Positions 37,422 to 49,971 of a stretch of DNA of 64,000 nucleotides are shown here, one piece after another (the stretch's first letter is position 1; each line of letters opens with the position of its first letter). Position numbers and translations under genes: made by a program. This stretch comes from Zancudomyces culisetae HAW-14-8 (taxonomy: Eukaryota > Fungi > Kickxellomycota): NCBI GenBank assembly GCA_052426225.1, contig JBNJNM010000006.1:2728001-2792000 (forward strand), in the 5' to 3' direction. The notes beneath the pieces are model-generated. The model ran no database searches and had not been told where the DNA came from. It saw only the letters and a list, made by a program, of their open reading frames with translations.

Positions 37422-38270
37422 TTTGTAACAATTGTTTTTTATTATCTGTTATTTTTAATACTAAATATACTCGTTTCCTAAGTTTAACAATAAATACTGC
37501 TTTCTCGATTTAAAATTTAGTATGGAAGCAGCCTATCAAAAGTGGAGTTAATCAAAAATATCCCAGCATTATTTGAAACAACTTGGATCCAAATACGCAG
37601 ATAATAGACAGAATTAGCTAAAAGCAGGTCTTATGGTGCTAAATAATCTGCGAATTTACATTTCACGACTATTTTTTAGTTGATTTATCTGTCAAGCTGA
37701 GCAAATGACTGTTAACATTGTATGCTATGAGTGTAACTGATGAAAAAACATCTGACCATCATTAATTATTTTAATTAACGTGCTGAGCTTGTAGGTTTGT
37801 ATTTACCAACTACACTCCTGAAACTTCAGTAAAAGCCAAGAATATTCCTATTTGTTTATCATGTATAATTATCAACTCTTATGCAGAAATTAGTCGTCAT
37901 CTTTGACCAATACTATCCTTTTTTTTTCGGATCACCTTATGCAAATGCTATAGATTTTTGATATTTTATGATGTCAATCACTTTTCCCACATAGACTGAT
38001 TAAGTGATTATTATTGAAAATGGCAATTCTACTACTAATGTACATATTTCATTAGTATTCTTTTCTTTAATCCACAGTTTGCTATTGCTCTTTGAATATA
38101 CTACTCCTTTATTGTGTCTTTTATTTTAACTTGAGTTATTTTATCAAATAGTGCATATCAAAAAGTATATACTACAGCACATACAAATGAACAGACCAAA
38201 AAACAGAAAATAAAAATGTTTATAAAATTTCCCAAAAAAGACATTTATTTACACCCCCTATTCTTTCTTT

Positions 38271-38301
38271 TCCTCTTGCTCTTGCTCTTGCTCTTGCTCT
38301 T
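38271..38301 (+). repeat. (CTCTTG)n microsatellite
   Basis: About 5 units. Confidence 0.8.
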
Positions 38302-39759
38302 TCATTTTTTCTTTCAATGTTTTTATTAATCGAGCACATAATTCAACTGACTCTTGTTTAATTAAATTTAAGTAACAAGAACCTTAAACAAAAACTGTTG
38401 TTTATTACAAATTGATAATTAAAAAACCCCAAAATTAACGCTAACACTGACTAAAATATTTTTTCAGCCCTTTATTATAAAAATTTAGAGACTCGTGGGA
38501 GTTCACGTCTCATTCATCTATATTTTCCTTTTATTACGTATTATTGAATGCTCTAATTATGGTTAATATTATCATCCAGGTTTTTATTTGCTTTTAATTT
38601 GTTATATCCCGAAATTCGTTATTAGTAGGTTAACTACTAAGAGTAAATGAGTAAATGAGTAAATTAGCAAGCAGAAACGTACCAAGCTGCTCACAACACG
38701 CGACTGATTCGAACATTTCCTGTGTTTAATCTCGTTTGAAAATTGTTCTATCTACCCCACGTTTATTATTTTTACTTTTTGGCAAATGTAGAAGCGAGTA
38801 GTTGCGGAAAGTGGGTTTCGAATAAAGTGACTCGAAAGAAATGAACCATTAAATCAATGTCACCACCGAGGCATCTTTTTACACTAGCATTAGCAACCAC
38901 ATTACCCCTACACAAAATTTGCTTTATAAATGTGTTTCATTTGGCTGAATATTTTTATGTAATTGAGGTTTTGGTGCAATTTCAAAAGTGTTAATAAGAT
39001 GGCGAATGTGAAAATATTGTTGAAAATTTGTAGTGAGCTAAATCCAGAACATTTAAGCACATCACGCTTAAAATGTGGCTATGAAGGTAAATAAATGCGC
39101 TCAAAAGTTTCTTATTTGCAGTTAATATCTTGAGGCATACTAGGCTACAGTAAATAACAGAGTGCGTTAAAAGCAAAAAATCTTTTCATTGAAGCACTCG
39201 AGACTTTATTTCATATACCCGGATAAAACATGACATTAGTATTTTTAAGCTGGCCTATAGCCTCTATACAATCACAAACATCTCTCTAGAATACAACAAA
39301 AGCGAGGAAATATCCAAAATTCATCAAATCGTATTGATACAAAGTGCAGCTTTAAATTTTGGGTGAATGCTAGTTCGAATACAGTATTTATGAGCAATAA
39401 AATAATATTATAAAGAATATTAAGTTTAAATCACATCCTAATTACTAGAATGCTAAAGCAATACTTTTTACTATCTTTTAACAATATTTGCTAGGTTTTT
39501 ATATTTTAAATTAGAATAGCATTTTAGTGATAATACTCCAAATTGTATTGCTAAAATCAAGATAGACTAAAAAGAAAGCAAAGGATAAGTGTCTAGAATA
39601 GGGCGAAATACAATACATTCGCTACACATTTTGCTCTATTGAATACAAGCTACTACAACAAACAAAAAATAGAATTGGACAGAGCGAGAAAAGTTATGAA
39701 AGGGCAACTGAGACGGAAAATAAATAATCAATAGGCAAATAATTATACTGGAAAAAACT

Positions 39760-41155
39760 ATGGTGGTTCATGGGAGAATCATAAACTTAAAAGTTAAACT
39801 AGATGAAAGTTACATTATATTACGAGGAAGTAACGATGAGGCTCCAGGGCTTATATTAGGCGGTGTAATAATAATGAGGGTAGATAGCCCTGTAATATTG
39901 AAAAAAATGGAGCTAGATTTTATTAATGACTTTCGTTTATATCTGAGTAAGGGTAAGGTGGTAGTTTGCGATTATAGGAAGAGAGGAAGAAGTAGAAAGA
40001 AAATTAGGTTACATTTATATATAAACTGATACTCTGAATTATTATATTCATATTTACCATGTATTTTAATGTTTAAAAATAGATAAATTAAAACCATCAG
40101 AACAATATAGAATCGACGAAAAAATACTTTTACAAAAAAGAGATTTTTTAGAATGTTTTGATGGGCCAAAACAATTCACACCAGGAGAATATACATTTAG
40201 CTTTTCGCTACCAATACAAGGATCGATGGTAGAAACCACAACTTTGGAGCATTTTACAAATAAATATCATCTAAAAGTGGTTGCACAAGGGAATAACCTT
40301 TTTTCCAGTGCTGCTTTAAAAGAAAAAATCAACATAAAGAGGGATGTCTTGACAAACGGTATGATGAATATTTCTGGAATAGATATCCAAAAGACATGGA
40401 AAAGTGCATGTGATATCAGAATCACAGTACCCACAAACGTATTTTCTAGAGGAAGTGCTGTGGAAACCACTTTTCTATTTCAACCTAGAGTCGAAGGCCT
40501 AGTGATAATGTCTGTTGGTGTAATTATGCTTGAGAATGTTAGATACTCATCTCGAGATGGTCTAGTAAAAAAAAAAACGTCAAAGATAGTTTCTTCTATT
40601 TCAGGCAAGTTAAAACCACCACCAGCATATAACTCATCGTTTGAAAAACAACCAATGCGGATCTGTACAGAGCAAAGCCATATTGAAAGAACAGACTCCA
40701 AGTTTTCCGTTACTAGAAGAATACCAGACATTGCTAGACTTTTCTGCTGCTCCTTTTTTGACGTGAGACGCTTGTGTATTTTTAACCCGGAAGATAAGAA
40801 CAAAGAATCTAAAGGATTTCTCGATAAACGAAAGTGTGGCGGTACCAAGCTATTGGGTGTTGGTTCAGATACTATAACAATGTATCTGCCTGAAAATAAG
40901 CTAAAAATGATGTACGATTCAGCATCACAGTTTGCAAAAGTTAGCCATCGGTTGAAATTCACTATAAACATCAAAAATAAACAAGGACATGAACACTGCG
41001 TATGGCTAAGCGTGCCTGTTTATGTGGTACCAAGTAGGCCTGAGTGCCTTGAATATCTGGATAGACTGCCTTTGTATAAAGATGTACACCTTGATCAGAC
41101 AGTGACACATATAAATTCGACGGTCGGGCCCCCAAGCTACTCCGAGGATAATTAG
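39760..41155 (+). CDS. Alpha-arrestin (ART/Rod1/CreD-like ubiquitin-ligase adaptor), 2 exons
   Basis: ILRG..DEA..LILGG, PGEYTFSF, VSHRLKFTI; PY motifs PPAY, LPLY, PPSY; intron ~39953-40082 restores the frame. Confidence 0.8.
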
Positions 41156-41725
41156 TTGATTATTAGATATCTGAGGTTTTTCTTTTTTCTATTTTTTAAA
41201 AAATAATCTTTTATAGTTTTAATTGCAGAAATTTTGATACATATGCCCACATCCCTATAGACAAACGAACTATATGTTTACTATGGTGTGTGTTACATTG
41301 TTTTTTATAAGACTATCTTTTTTGGTTTTAGCATAGTTATGTCGAAACATTAGTTAATAAAATAAATATAGAGAAAAATGGAAATAACATTTATAACATA
41401 AATATATCAAGATATTCAGATGAATACTTTTCAAAAGAACCTTAAAGTAGAATACTTTGTAATATACATTTATAGTACCGCAAAACATTCTATAACTCAT
41501 ATTTAAAGTCAACCAAGGAAATCAATTAGGAGTCGATAATGCCTAATTATATAAAAATATCCACAGCTATTGCTATTATTTAATAAAAGTCAAGCAGTAT
41601 ATTTCAGCCTGAAATTAGGAGCTAACGAAAAAAACATCTATTATCTACAAGAAATAGTGTCTAAAGAAATATCTAGTTTACAATTCAGACCTAAAAGGAA
41701 AAAAAGACAGTAACTACCAGCAATC

Positions 41726-42244
41726 TCAATAACAACAGTCACAATCAAAAGGACAAAGTTCAGTATCGCCCTCGCCCTCACCTATTTTCAATTCATCAAA
41801 GTAAAACACACGTAGGGTATCCACAGTCTTCCTTCCATTCCTAAGACCACGGGAATCGCTGAATCCGTCATCATCGTTAAATTTCTGAGAATTTGTAGTT
41901 TGTTTGTTCTTTTTTGCGTCTAACTTGCTATCGTTGGCGTGGCCAGAGGCATCAACCACGATCACGCTTGATTCCTGTTCAGCATTACTGGCCAGATCAC
42001 TAGTGTCTTTATTTTTGTTGTCGGTTTCTTTGTCTTTTGAAATAGATTTGACTTCAGTGTCCTTCTTAATCTTGTTTTTGTTTTTTTTCTTTGTCTTTTT
42101 TGAGATTTTTGCTGGAGTTGATGAATTTATTGCAGGAATTGTTTTCGAATCGGGAACACTGATACTTTTGGATTTATCTTTGCTCGAGCCCGCCTTTTTA
42201 GTTTTTGAGCCAAAGATGTTGTCTATTTCTATTGCAGAATTCAT
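41726..42244 (-). CDS. DUF1764-family protein
   Basis: EIDNIF N-terminal motif, Lys-rich middle, C-terminal GDTELCPFDCDCCY. Confidence 0.85.
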   Translation of the reverse strand: MNSAIEIDNIFGSKTKKAGSSKDKSKSISVPDSKTIPAINSSTPAKISKKTKKKNKNKIKKDTEVKSISKDKETDNKNKDTSDLASNAEQESSVIVVDASGHANDSKLDAKKNKQTTNSQKFNDDDGFSDSRGLRNGRKTVDTLRVFYFDELKIGEGEGDTELCPFDCDCCY

Positions 42245-42608
42245 TCTTTATATGGTTTTCGCTCGCTTAGTGTTGGTTTCGTTATAACTTGAGTTATAAG
42301 TATTTTGTATCAGAAAAAAATTTTACAAAAAAAATATAAATGTACACTAAAATAACCTAATTACCAATCCGATAAAAATTCAAAAAATCGATCGAGTCCA
42401 CTAGTTGGTGGGAACACAAAAGCTAATTGGAGAATAGAGGAATAATTAGAAACTCGAGATTTTCAATGAATGTGTTTTAGAATATCTGTTTCATACAAAA
42501 GCAACGAGTATTTTATAAAGTAGCGGGTTTTATGTTTAGACAAGCAGTTTTTCCTAAACTACAAATTATACACTCAGAAAACGGTATCAATCGATATTCG
42601 AAAAAACG

Positions 42609-43691
42609 ATGAACGGAAAAGATTGTTTGGAATGTAAAAATAATGTGGAACATCATTCGATTCCAAAAGGCTTTTGCGTATTAGAGACGGGAATATATAG
42701 AAATGGTGAGCTGTTTTTATTTGAAGAGCATGTGGATAGAATGTTAAATGCAGCCAGCTATTTTCAAAAGTACTGGGCACATACACCAGAAAAGCCATTT
42801 GAGAATATCCCAAGTAAGGACGAGCTCAAGAAAGCTATGTTGGACGTGCTCCACAGTCAAGTAGGACAGTTTAAGCCAACCGATGTGATTGCAGTAAGGA
42901 CAAAGATAGATAGATCCAATTATGTACTTTGCGTATGCAAATAGTAGAATTTGCCTGATATCCAATTGGTGTGTCTACTTTGTATGAGCAATTACTTGGA
43001 AATATAAAAATAATGGGAAATAAAAACACTTATATAGACTAGAATAATGATGGATACCAAGTGTCAACTCAGTGCAGAATTGTCTGTATTTCATGATGTT
43101 ACCAAGGCCGGCGGAAATAAAAAAGTGGTAATAGACAAGGAGCCAATAAACACAAACAGCCCCTTTGTCAAGAACAAAACAACTCATAGGGATATTTATA
43201 ACATGAGTCGAGAAAGAAATGGTACGTTGATAATTATGCACTCTAGACACACATTGCAAGAATAAGACAGGAGTATAGATCATCCTTGCGATAGAAAGTT
43301 TTTGTTTTTAACAAAATATGTCGTTGATGTTTATTATTTCGTTTGTTGTGATGTAGGTGTGAGTTTTGATGGACCAATATTTGATGCTATTTTGCACAAT
43401 GAGGATGGAGAAATAACTGAGTCAACGATAGCAAACGTTGCAATCAAAGTAAAGCAAGACCAAGATGATGGTTATGTCTTGGTTACACCGATCAAAGATA
43501 GTGGACTTATTGGAGGAACCATGAGAAGACGTTTGCTTGAAAACAAAGCAGGAAAGTGGGGCAAAATGATAGAGGGAAAGATCACAGTGGACCAGCTTAA
43601 GGAGTTTATTGGGGTTGAGGGTGAGGAGAATGTGTTTTGCTTTAACTCGGCACGGGAAATTTATTGTGTTGATGTTGTTTCGGCAGAGTAG
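42609..43691 (+). CDS. Class IV aminotransferase / aminodeoxychorismate lyase-like (Abz2-like), 3 exons; start uncertain
   Basis: LET..HVDRM, KTTHRDIY, NEDGEITESTIANVA, SGLIGGTMR; in-frame GT-AG introns ~42894-43037 and ~43222-43356. Confidence 0.8.
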
Positions 43692-44319
43692 AATGGAGGG
43701 ATAGAGATGGATACACTTGAACCGTTGAGTTGGTCTGTTTTCTAGTCTTAGCGGTACTCTCTTTATTCAATGTTTCTGCTTGTGAGTATCGAATTACATT
43801 GTTGAATCGGAGATTATATTCGGTTTTTACTGTTTTTAATTTATTTACAAGAGTGAAGCACATTTAGATGAAATCATGTTGATATCGCGAAATTAGCATA
43901 AAGTTGAAATCACGTAACAAGCTAAAAATGTCCAAATTAATAATAATAAATAACAAACAGTAAACATGCAAGTAAATAAACTTGAAATAAAATTGAAATC
44001 CGAGAAAAAGATGCAATTATTTACATTCAGAATTAGCAAATAGCACTATTTAGCTCAAACCAGAGCCAATTTCTAAAAATAATAAAATAATGGTGATAAA
44101 AAAAATAATATACATTATGAGGGGGTGACTTTACATAAATTAAAACACCCGCTATTTGATGAATAGCAAAGGCGCACAAAAAATAAAATAAAATAAAATA
44201 AAATAAAATAAAAAACTCTAGTGCAAATTCGAAGAACAAGTCAATTATTGTATTTTGAATCTGGGGATATATATACTAGTGAGATCTGTATAATTAGAAA
44301 AGAAAAATACGGCTAAAAA

Positions 44320-47300
44320 ATGAACCAGGTTGATGGGGACGAATTTATTGACATTGAGGGGCTGGATATAGAGAAAGAGCTCCAGAACATAGAGATGCGT
44401 TTGGGAAAGAGAGATGCGGATGCAGGAAATCAGGTAGTAAAATCGGTGGATCTTGAGAAAAATGTAGATTCCGAGAAAAAAGAAAAAAATGGAGACAGCA
44501 AGAACGAAGAGGAAGAGGAAGAGGAAGAACAGGACGAGGACGAGGAAGAGGACGAGGAAGAGGAAAATGGTGACAATATGGATGAGCTTAACCAGGATGA
44601 TTTGGAAGCGTATTTTACACAGGTTGATGATATAGGTTCAGTGGACCTTGGAGATATCAATTTTTCGAAAATCTTGGAAGATTTGCAGATAATTGGGGCA
44701 AACGCGGGAGGATCGGGAACAGGAGCAGGCATTGAAACAGGGGCAGGGGCGGATATGGGAATGGGGATGGGGATGGGAATTGGAATGGATATGGGGATTG
44801 TAGGGATTGATGGGGCAAGTTCAGTGGCAGAGGAGCAACCCAAAGAGATCGAGGAGCAGCAATTACAAGAAAAGATTATTGATAAAGGAGAAGAAACAAA
44901 AATTATAAATGAAATAGATAGTATTTTGGAAAGCAAAATATCACAAATAGGGCTTAAGCGGGCAAGGACGCTGACAATAGGAGATAATAGGGCGCAGTCA
45001 CATCCACCACTACCATCGCAGTCTTCATCACTGCTAGAGCCAAGTGAACAGGGACAGGGAGGTAGCAAAGAGGGAGACGAAAATATGATGAATGGGAATA
45101 CAAAAAACAGCGAAGATCAAAATGGCGACGAGACAGAAATTGCGCGGATTAAGAGGGCGAGAACGGAATCACCAAAAATGGCGGCACGAGATGTTGTTGT
45201 TGAAATAGAGAGAAGAATTTCGAATGTAGAAGCGGAAGAAAACAGCAATACTCCTGTGGAAGGGGTAGAAGAAGGCGAGAAGGGAGGAGAAAAGGAGAAG
45301 GAGAAGGAAACCGAAGATAAAACACGGGATGAAGAGGAGAAGAAGCTAGAAGTAGAGCAACGGGCGATCGTAGGTCAGGGAGCGGAAGAAGCAGAAAATG
45401 TAGAAACAGAAACAGAAACGGGAGAAGGAGAAGAAGCAGGGTCAGGAGCGGTAGAGATGGAAAACATTGAAGTTGAGAACAAAACTAATGGACTTGAGAA
45501 TATGGAAGTAGAAAAGAAGGAGGAGGAAAAGACAAGCGAAGAAGTGGAAATTAAGACAGAGGCAAAAGTAGTGGAAGATGTGGAGATGGTTGAAGATGAT
45601 GGTAAAGGATCGGAAGAAGAGGAGATGCAGGCAAAAATCAAAAAAGCGGTTCTAAAGGCAAATATGTACTACAAAGGAGCGAATTTTGAGCGATACCGAA
45701 TGATGATGGGGCAGATAGGCCTGAGAGGAGGAATGGAAGTGGCAAAAAGCATAAAACAAATGTACGAAGGGCAAAAGTGGGGGAGAAAAGCGGTGGAAGT
45801 AGAATGGAATAACAAAAGCAATGTAGTATCGGTGTGTTATGCAGAAAAAGAACAACAAGAAGAGGAAAAGACGAGAGCAGTTGGGGCAGGAATAAGGGTG
45901 TATGCGGTAGATATGGGAGTAGATGAATTAAAGGAAGTGGGGACGATTAAAATAGAGGCGATGGAAAGCAACGAGGGGGAGGATGGCATGGCGCAAAATG
46001 AGTTGTATGAGTCTGGTGAGGGAATAAATAGGGTCAATAATGGGGAAAATGGAGGAATTGTGCGGGGCAAGATAGAAAGCAAGGCATTTTGGGATGGAGA
46101 TAATAGGGGAGGGGGAGGAGGTAGAGTCGCATTTGTGGATCCAAGAGGAAAGATAGAAATATATACATGCAAAGAGAAGAAAATACAGACGATTGATATG
46201 GAGTGTCCAGTAGCTGCAATAGAGTGGCTTCAACAAAGCAAGAAACATGTAGCTAGAATATTTGTGGATGGGGAAAAGGAAAAAGAAAAGGAAAAGGAAG
46301 AGGAAGAGATGGAAAATATAGAAACAAAGACAGAGACAGATATGAGTGTGGGTGCGGGTGTGGGTAATGTGGAAATGGATATTGGGGGGTATATAAGAGG
46401 CCGGAGGAATGGGTTTATGTACACAAATGTGGTTTTGACATGTGCAGGAAGGTTTTTGCTGAACAACAATGACAGAAAAGATAAAGCTGGGTCGGCAGAT
46501 ACAGCGGATGAATTGGAGCATGATGGACAGCAGTACATTGATTTAGGTGTTCCTTATAAGGATCAGTGCTCTGGAAACGAGACAGGAGTAGCAGAAAGTA
46601 GGGAAAGCGATATGGAAGGTGTGTGGATGATAACACATGCGGATATCCGGTTGGTCAATTACAAATATTTTGTAGTTGCGGCGGTGTGGAAGTGGATAAA
46701 ACAGGAGGAGAGTGGACAGGAACAAGAGGTAGAAGTAGAGGTAGAGGTAGAGGTAGAGGAGCGATGTGTATTGTATGTGATAGAGTGGAAGTGTTCGGAG
46801 AATAATTTGGAGCTATTGGATAGTGAATATGTATATGTACACACACAGTCTAGGTACGGACAGCAAGATGGTGGTATTATTAATACTGAAGACACAGATG
46901 ATATGATAGGAAAGAGGACAGAATTAGGAAGATGTAGTCAAAACCAAAAGGCAAAATCGAGTGGTAGTATTCAACATGTTAAACTTATACAACAAACCAA
47001 CCCAAATCTATATAATGGCGGGAGAAATAGTAAAAATGATAACGATAACGATAACGATAACGAGGATGATTCGAAAAAGTTGCTTGAATTGCCAATAGTG
47101 GCATTAGTAATCAGTCATATTGACAATTCAAATCAAGAAAGCCAAAATATTGAGAATGATATTGGTATAGAATCTAACGTTTTGCAATTTTACAAAACAA
47201 AGCTTGACAAAAACCAAATAGTACATGTTTACAAGAACAACAGCATTAATATCAACGACATTTGTACCAGTGTCGAGAGCTCAGGCCGAGGACTAGTAAA

Positions 47301-48906
47301 CAACGTACAAGTGTTTAAGCCAACAGTGATTATTAGCCATAAACAGGGTGGAGATGATAATGAAACCAAGTACGAGAGACTCGGGATAAGTTTAAGCGAC
47401 GGGAAATACTTATTGAGCAATGGGTGCATTGATGATAGAATTAGGTTTGCCACGCTATTTGAAGCAAGAGATGATGGTAAATATTGTACAGCAGTCAATG
47501 AAAATCTCAACTCGGCGGCACGAGTAAAAATCCACTCTACTGGTAACCACGGTGCGAGCGGAGCAACGTTGGAATTCCTATATCTAACACGCGAGCAGTA
47601 CACGACCATTCATGGTAGCGTTGGGTTTGCCAAAATACTGTCTGCCCAACTAGCGCTGAATTTGTTGAATAATGCAAACTCTCGCGATGTGGTACAGGTT
47701 ATTAAACAGCACTTTGATGCTGCCAACCAGGACGAGGAGGATCTAGCAATCCATTTACAAAGCGTGTTGGTACACAGTGGTGATCTCCTGAGTCGAGTTT
47801 TGTTTGAAAAAAATGACGGCTCGGCAAACCTAGAGTCGTGGATTTTCACTCCTACCAGCTCAACATTTACTATTTTTAGAAAATACTTTGAGCTATCCAG
47901 TACCATTCTGGCCCAGTGCAAATTCCCACCTTCGTCTTCATCCGTCAACAATGACCCAAAGAAGAACACCCTAGTAGTCGCTGCGACAAACCTCAAGATC
48001 TTTTTGGAGTTTTCGTCTATTCTGTTTAACTACCAGCGGCTACAACGCTCGTCGTTGTTCAGCCTAGAGTATAAACAACAACAACTGGTTAAATTTGCAA
48101 ACTGGGCGCTAACCTTGCTGAACTTTTTGGTCAAAGAAACATTTTTGGAATCTAAATTCCACGCTTCTTTAGCCAGTCGGAGTGAAGACACCACCAACAA
48201 ACCATTGTGTACTAGCGCCTTGCTTATAACTCCGATTTCTCTCAAAATCATTTCTGATGTCTTGGCTTTTATTATCAACTTTCTCACGTTTATCTCTTCG
48301 CTTTCTCAGTCCCAACCACAAACTAACATTAACCCAAATAACGCTCTGCTTCAATTTAGCCAATATGTAAAACGTACTTTTCCTCTTCAACCCAAGACTT
48401 TACTCAGTATTGTAAATTCTATTTCCCAACATGTCAACAATACCACATTTGCTCCTGCTTCCACTTATTCCATCTTTGATCTGCTAATCAAAAACACCGA
48501 CCCTTCTCACCACAACCATGACCTCCGCTCCCTTATCTTTTCCTCTATCCAATCCCAGATCTCCTCCGAGTTTGCCTCTGACTCTACTCTTCTGCTTGAT
48601 CTAATCAAATTCAAAAACAAAAATCTCGATTCTCTGTTGGTTTCCTCTCAACATTCATCCACTCCCGAACTTGTAAATAACCCCAACGCCAACCCTTCTT
48701 ATTCCATTGAGCTGCCTTTATTCGGTTCTTCATCCTCCACTCGCTCTTTAGCCACTATAAATTCATCCTCCGATCCTAGCTCTGCCACCCCAGCAAACCC
48801 AAAACCAGGTTACTCGCTTCCATCCATAAATATGCCCAACATTTCCCTCTTCAACACTCCCATAAATACCCACAATCAACTGAACTATGTTGGCCTACAA
48901 CGTTAA
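44320..48906 (+). CDS. 1528-aa protein with acidic N-terminus; possibly Mediator Med16/Sin4-like
   Basis: Long uninterrupted ORF; WD-like segments (W..KSNVV, RVAFVDPRGKIEIY, VAAIEWL) followed by a helical region; family call is weak. Confidence 0.45.
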   Translation: MNQVDGDEFIDIEGLDIEKELQNIEMRLGKRDADAGNQVVKSVDLEKNVDSEKKEKNGDSKNEEEEEEEEQDEDEEEDEEEENGDNMDELNQDDLEAYFTQVDDIGSVDLGDINFSKILEDLQIIGANAGGSGTGAGIETGAGADMGMGMGMGIGMDMGIVGIDGASSVAEEQPKEIEEQQLQEKIIDKGEETKIINEIDSILESKISQIGLKRARTLTIGDNRAQSHPPLPSQSSSLLEPSEQGQGGSKEGDENMMNGNTKNSEDQNGDETEIARIKRARTESPKMAARDVVVEIERRISNVEAEENSNTPVEGVEEGEKGGEKEKEKETEDKTRDEEEKKLEVEQRAIVGQGAEEAENVETETETGEGEEAGSGAVEMENIEVENKTNGLENMEVEKKEEEKTSEEVEIKTEAKVVEDVEMVEDDGKGSEEEEMQAKIKKAVLKANMYYKGANFERYRMMMGQIGLRGGMEVAKSIKQMYEGQKWGRKAVEVEWNNKSNVVSVCYAEKEQQEEEKTRAVGAGIRVYAVDMGVDELKEVGTIKIEAMESNEGEDGMAQNELYESGEGINRVNNGENGGIVRGKIESKAFWDGDNRGGGGGRVAFVDPRGKIEIYTCKEKKIQTIDMECPVAAIEWLQQSKKHVARIFVDGEKEKEKEKEEEEMENIETKTETDMSVGAGVGNVEMDIGGYIRGRRNGFMYTNVVLTCAGRFLLNNNDRKDKAGSADTADELEHDGQQYIDLGVPYKDQCSGNETGVAESRESDMEGVWMITHADIRLVNYKYFVVAAVWKWIKQEESGQEQEVEVEVEVEVEERCVLYVIEWKCSENNLELLDSEYVYVHTQSRYGQQDGGIINTEDTDDMIGKRTELGRCSQNQKAKSSGSIQHVKLIQQTNPNLYNGGRNSKNDNDNDNDNEDDSKKLLELPIVALVISHIDNSNQESQNIENDIGIESNVLQFYKTKLDKNQIVHVYKNNSININDICTSVESSGRGLVNNVQVFKPTVIISHKQGGDDNETKYERLGISLSDGKYLLSNGCIDDRIRFATLFEARDDGKYCTAVNENLNSAARVKIHSTGNHGASGATLEFLYLTREQYTTIHGSVGFAKILSAQLALNLLNNANSRDVVQVIKQHFDAANQDEEDLAIHLQSVLVHSGDLLSRVLFEKNDGSANLESWIFTPTSSTFTIFRKYFELSSTILAQCKFPPSSSSVNNDPKKNTLVVAATNLKIFLEFSSILFNYQRLQRSSLFSLEYKQQQLVKFANWALTLLNFLVKETFLESKFHASLASRSEDTTNKPLCTSALLITPISLKIISDVLAFIINFLTFISSLSQSQPQTNINPNNALLQFSQYVKRTFPLQPKTLLSIVNSISQHVNNTTFAPASTYSIFDLLIKNTDPSHHNHDLRSLIFSSIQSQISSEFASDSTLLLDLIKFKNKNLDSLLVSSQHSSTPELVNNPNANPSYSIELPLFGSSSSTRSLATINSSSDPSSATPANPKPGYSLPSINMPNISLFNTPINTHNQLNYVGLQR

Positions 48907-49162
48907 ATTTGTTTTTTATTTTTTTATTTTTTCATTTTTTTCATGCTTTATTACTAACAGGACTAATTCTTTATATATTCTTTATTCAATCTTTATTCAT
49001 CCTTTAATCTATAATTTAAATCATTAATCATCAATACAATCTATTACATACAAATACTCCGCAACCCCATTCCTTCTTTTACTTTCCATTCCATCCCCCC
49101 CCTTCCGCTTCCCCTTTCCCCGTTCTTCTTCTCCACCGCTCCTCCTAGACTCATGATATCTG

Positions 49163-49744
49163 CTATTTATAACTTAGATTATCTATCTCGCTATCCATAA
49201 TCGCACAATCCAACGAATACTGGGGATCTAGCTCCATCCTAGATTTGGATTTAAACTCAACAGGGCCAAACTCCTCAATTGCCTCCAACAGTTCTAGTTC
49301 GGAAACCTTGGAGCCAAACAAGTACCCCAGACACTCCGAATCAAAGTTCCCAATAATATCATCGCCTGGTCCATCGATATCACCTGGGTCACAGCCACCA
49401 TCTCCAAAGAACCCGTCTATCCCACCACGCCCACGAGCCCCAACCATATTTTCGTGTGGTAACAGCGATGCAGGCGGCGTCTCAAATGTGCCGTTCTCAT
49501 TAATGAGCTGTACATATCTCCGTCGAAACTCTGCATTCTTTTGCTTGTCCACCTTCATGAGGTTGTGTATATATACCTGCTTGGCGAATGAGACGTGCTC
49601 GGCCTGGTCTGGTGCTGTGCTGAATTTTGGTTTTGGTTTTTTCGAAAAATATATGTTGTTTCCTGTATCCAGGTAAAATTCAAGTTGCTTTTTCCTGACC
49701 GAGTCAATAGCGCTGATATTCGTATTATCGTTGTTGTACTCCAT
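49163..49744 (-). CDS. Hypothetical protein (193 aa)
   Basis: ATG-initiated ORF with higher GC than its flanks; no motif recognised. Confidence 0.6.
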   Translation of the reverse strand: MEYNNDNTNISAIDSVRKKQLEFYLDTGNNIYFSKKPKPKFSTAPDQAEHVSFAKQVYIHNLMKVDKQKNAEFRRRYVQLINENGTFETPPASLLPHENMVGARGRGGIDGFFGDGGCDPGDIDGPGDDIIGNFDSECLGYLFGSKVSELELLEAIEEFGPVEFKSKSRMELDPQYSLDCAIMDSEIDNLSYK

Positions 49745-49971
49745 TTTTATTTTATTGTTTTTTTTTTTGTCATTAACTATCGGGTTTTCTGCATTTTAGA
49801 CATTTATATTTGTTTATTTTATCTCTTTTAAATTGAAAAAGAATATGAAAATCAATAATGATTTCATCTATAAATTTGTAAAATTACTTTAAAAAAAATT
49901 ATATATTTACTTTCATCTAGACTTTTCAATATGGAATAATATTAATAATAGAAATAATAATAAAAATAATA

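Noticed and set aside
44430-48390. Many antisense and alternate-frame ORFs inside the 1528-aa gene
   Set aside because: Explained by low-complexity, skewed composition that lacks stops on the opposite strand.
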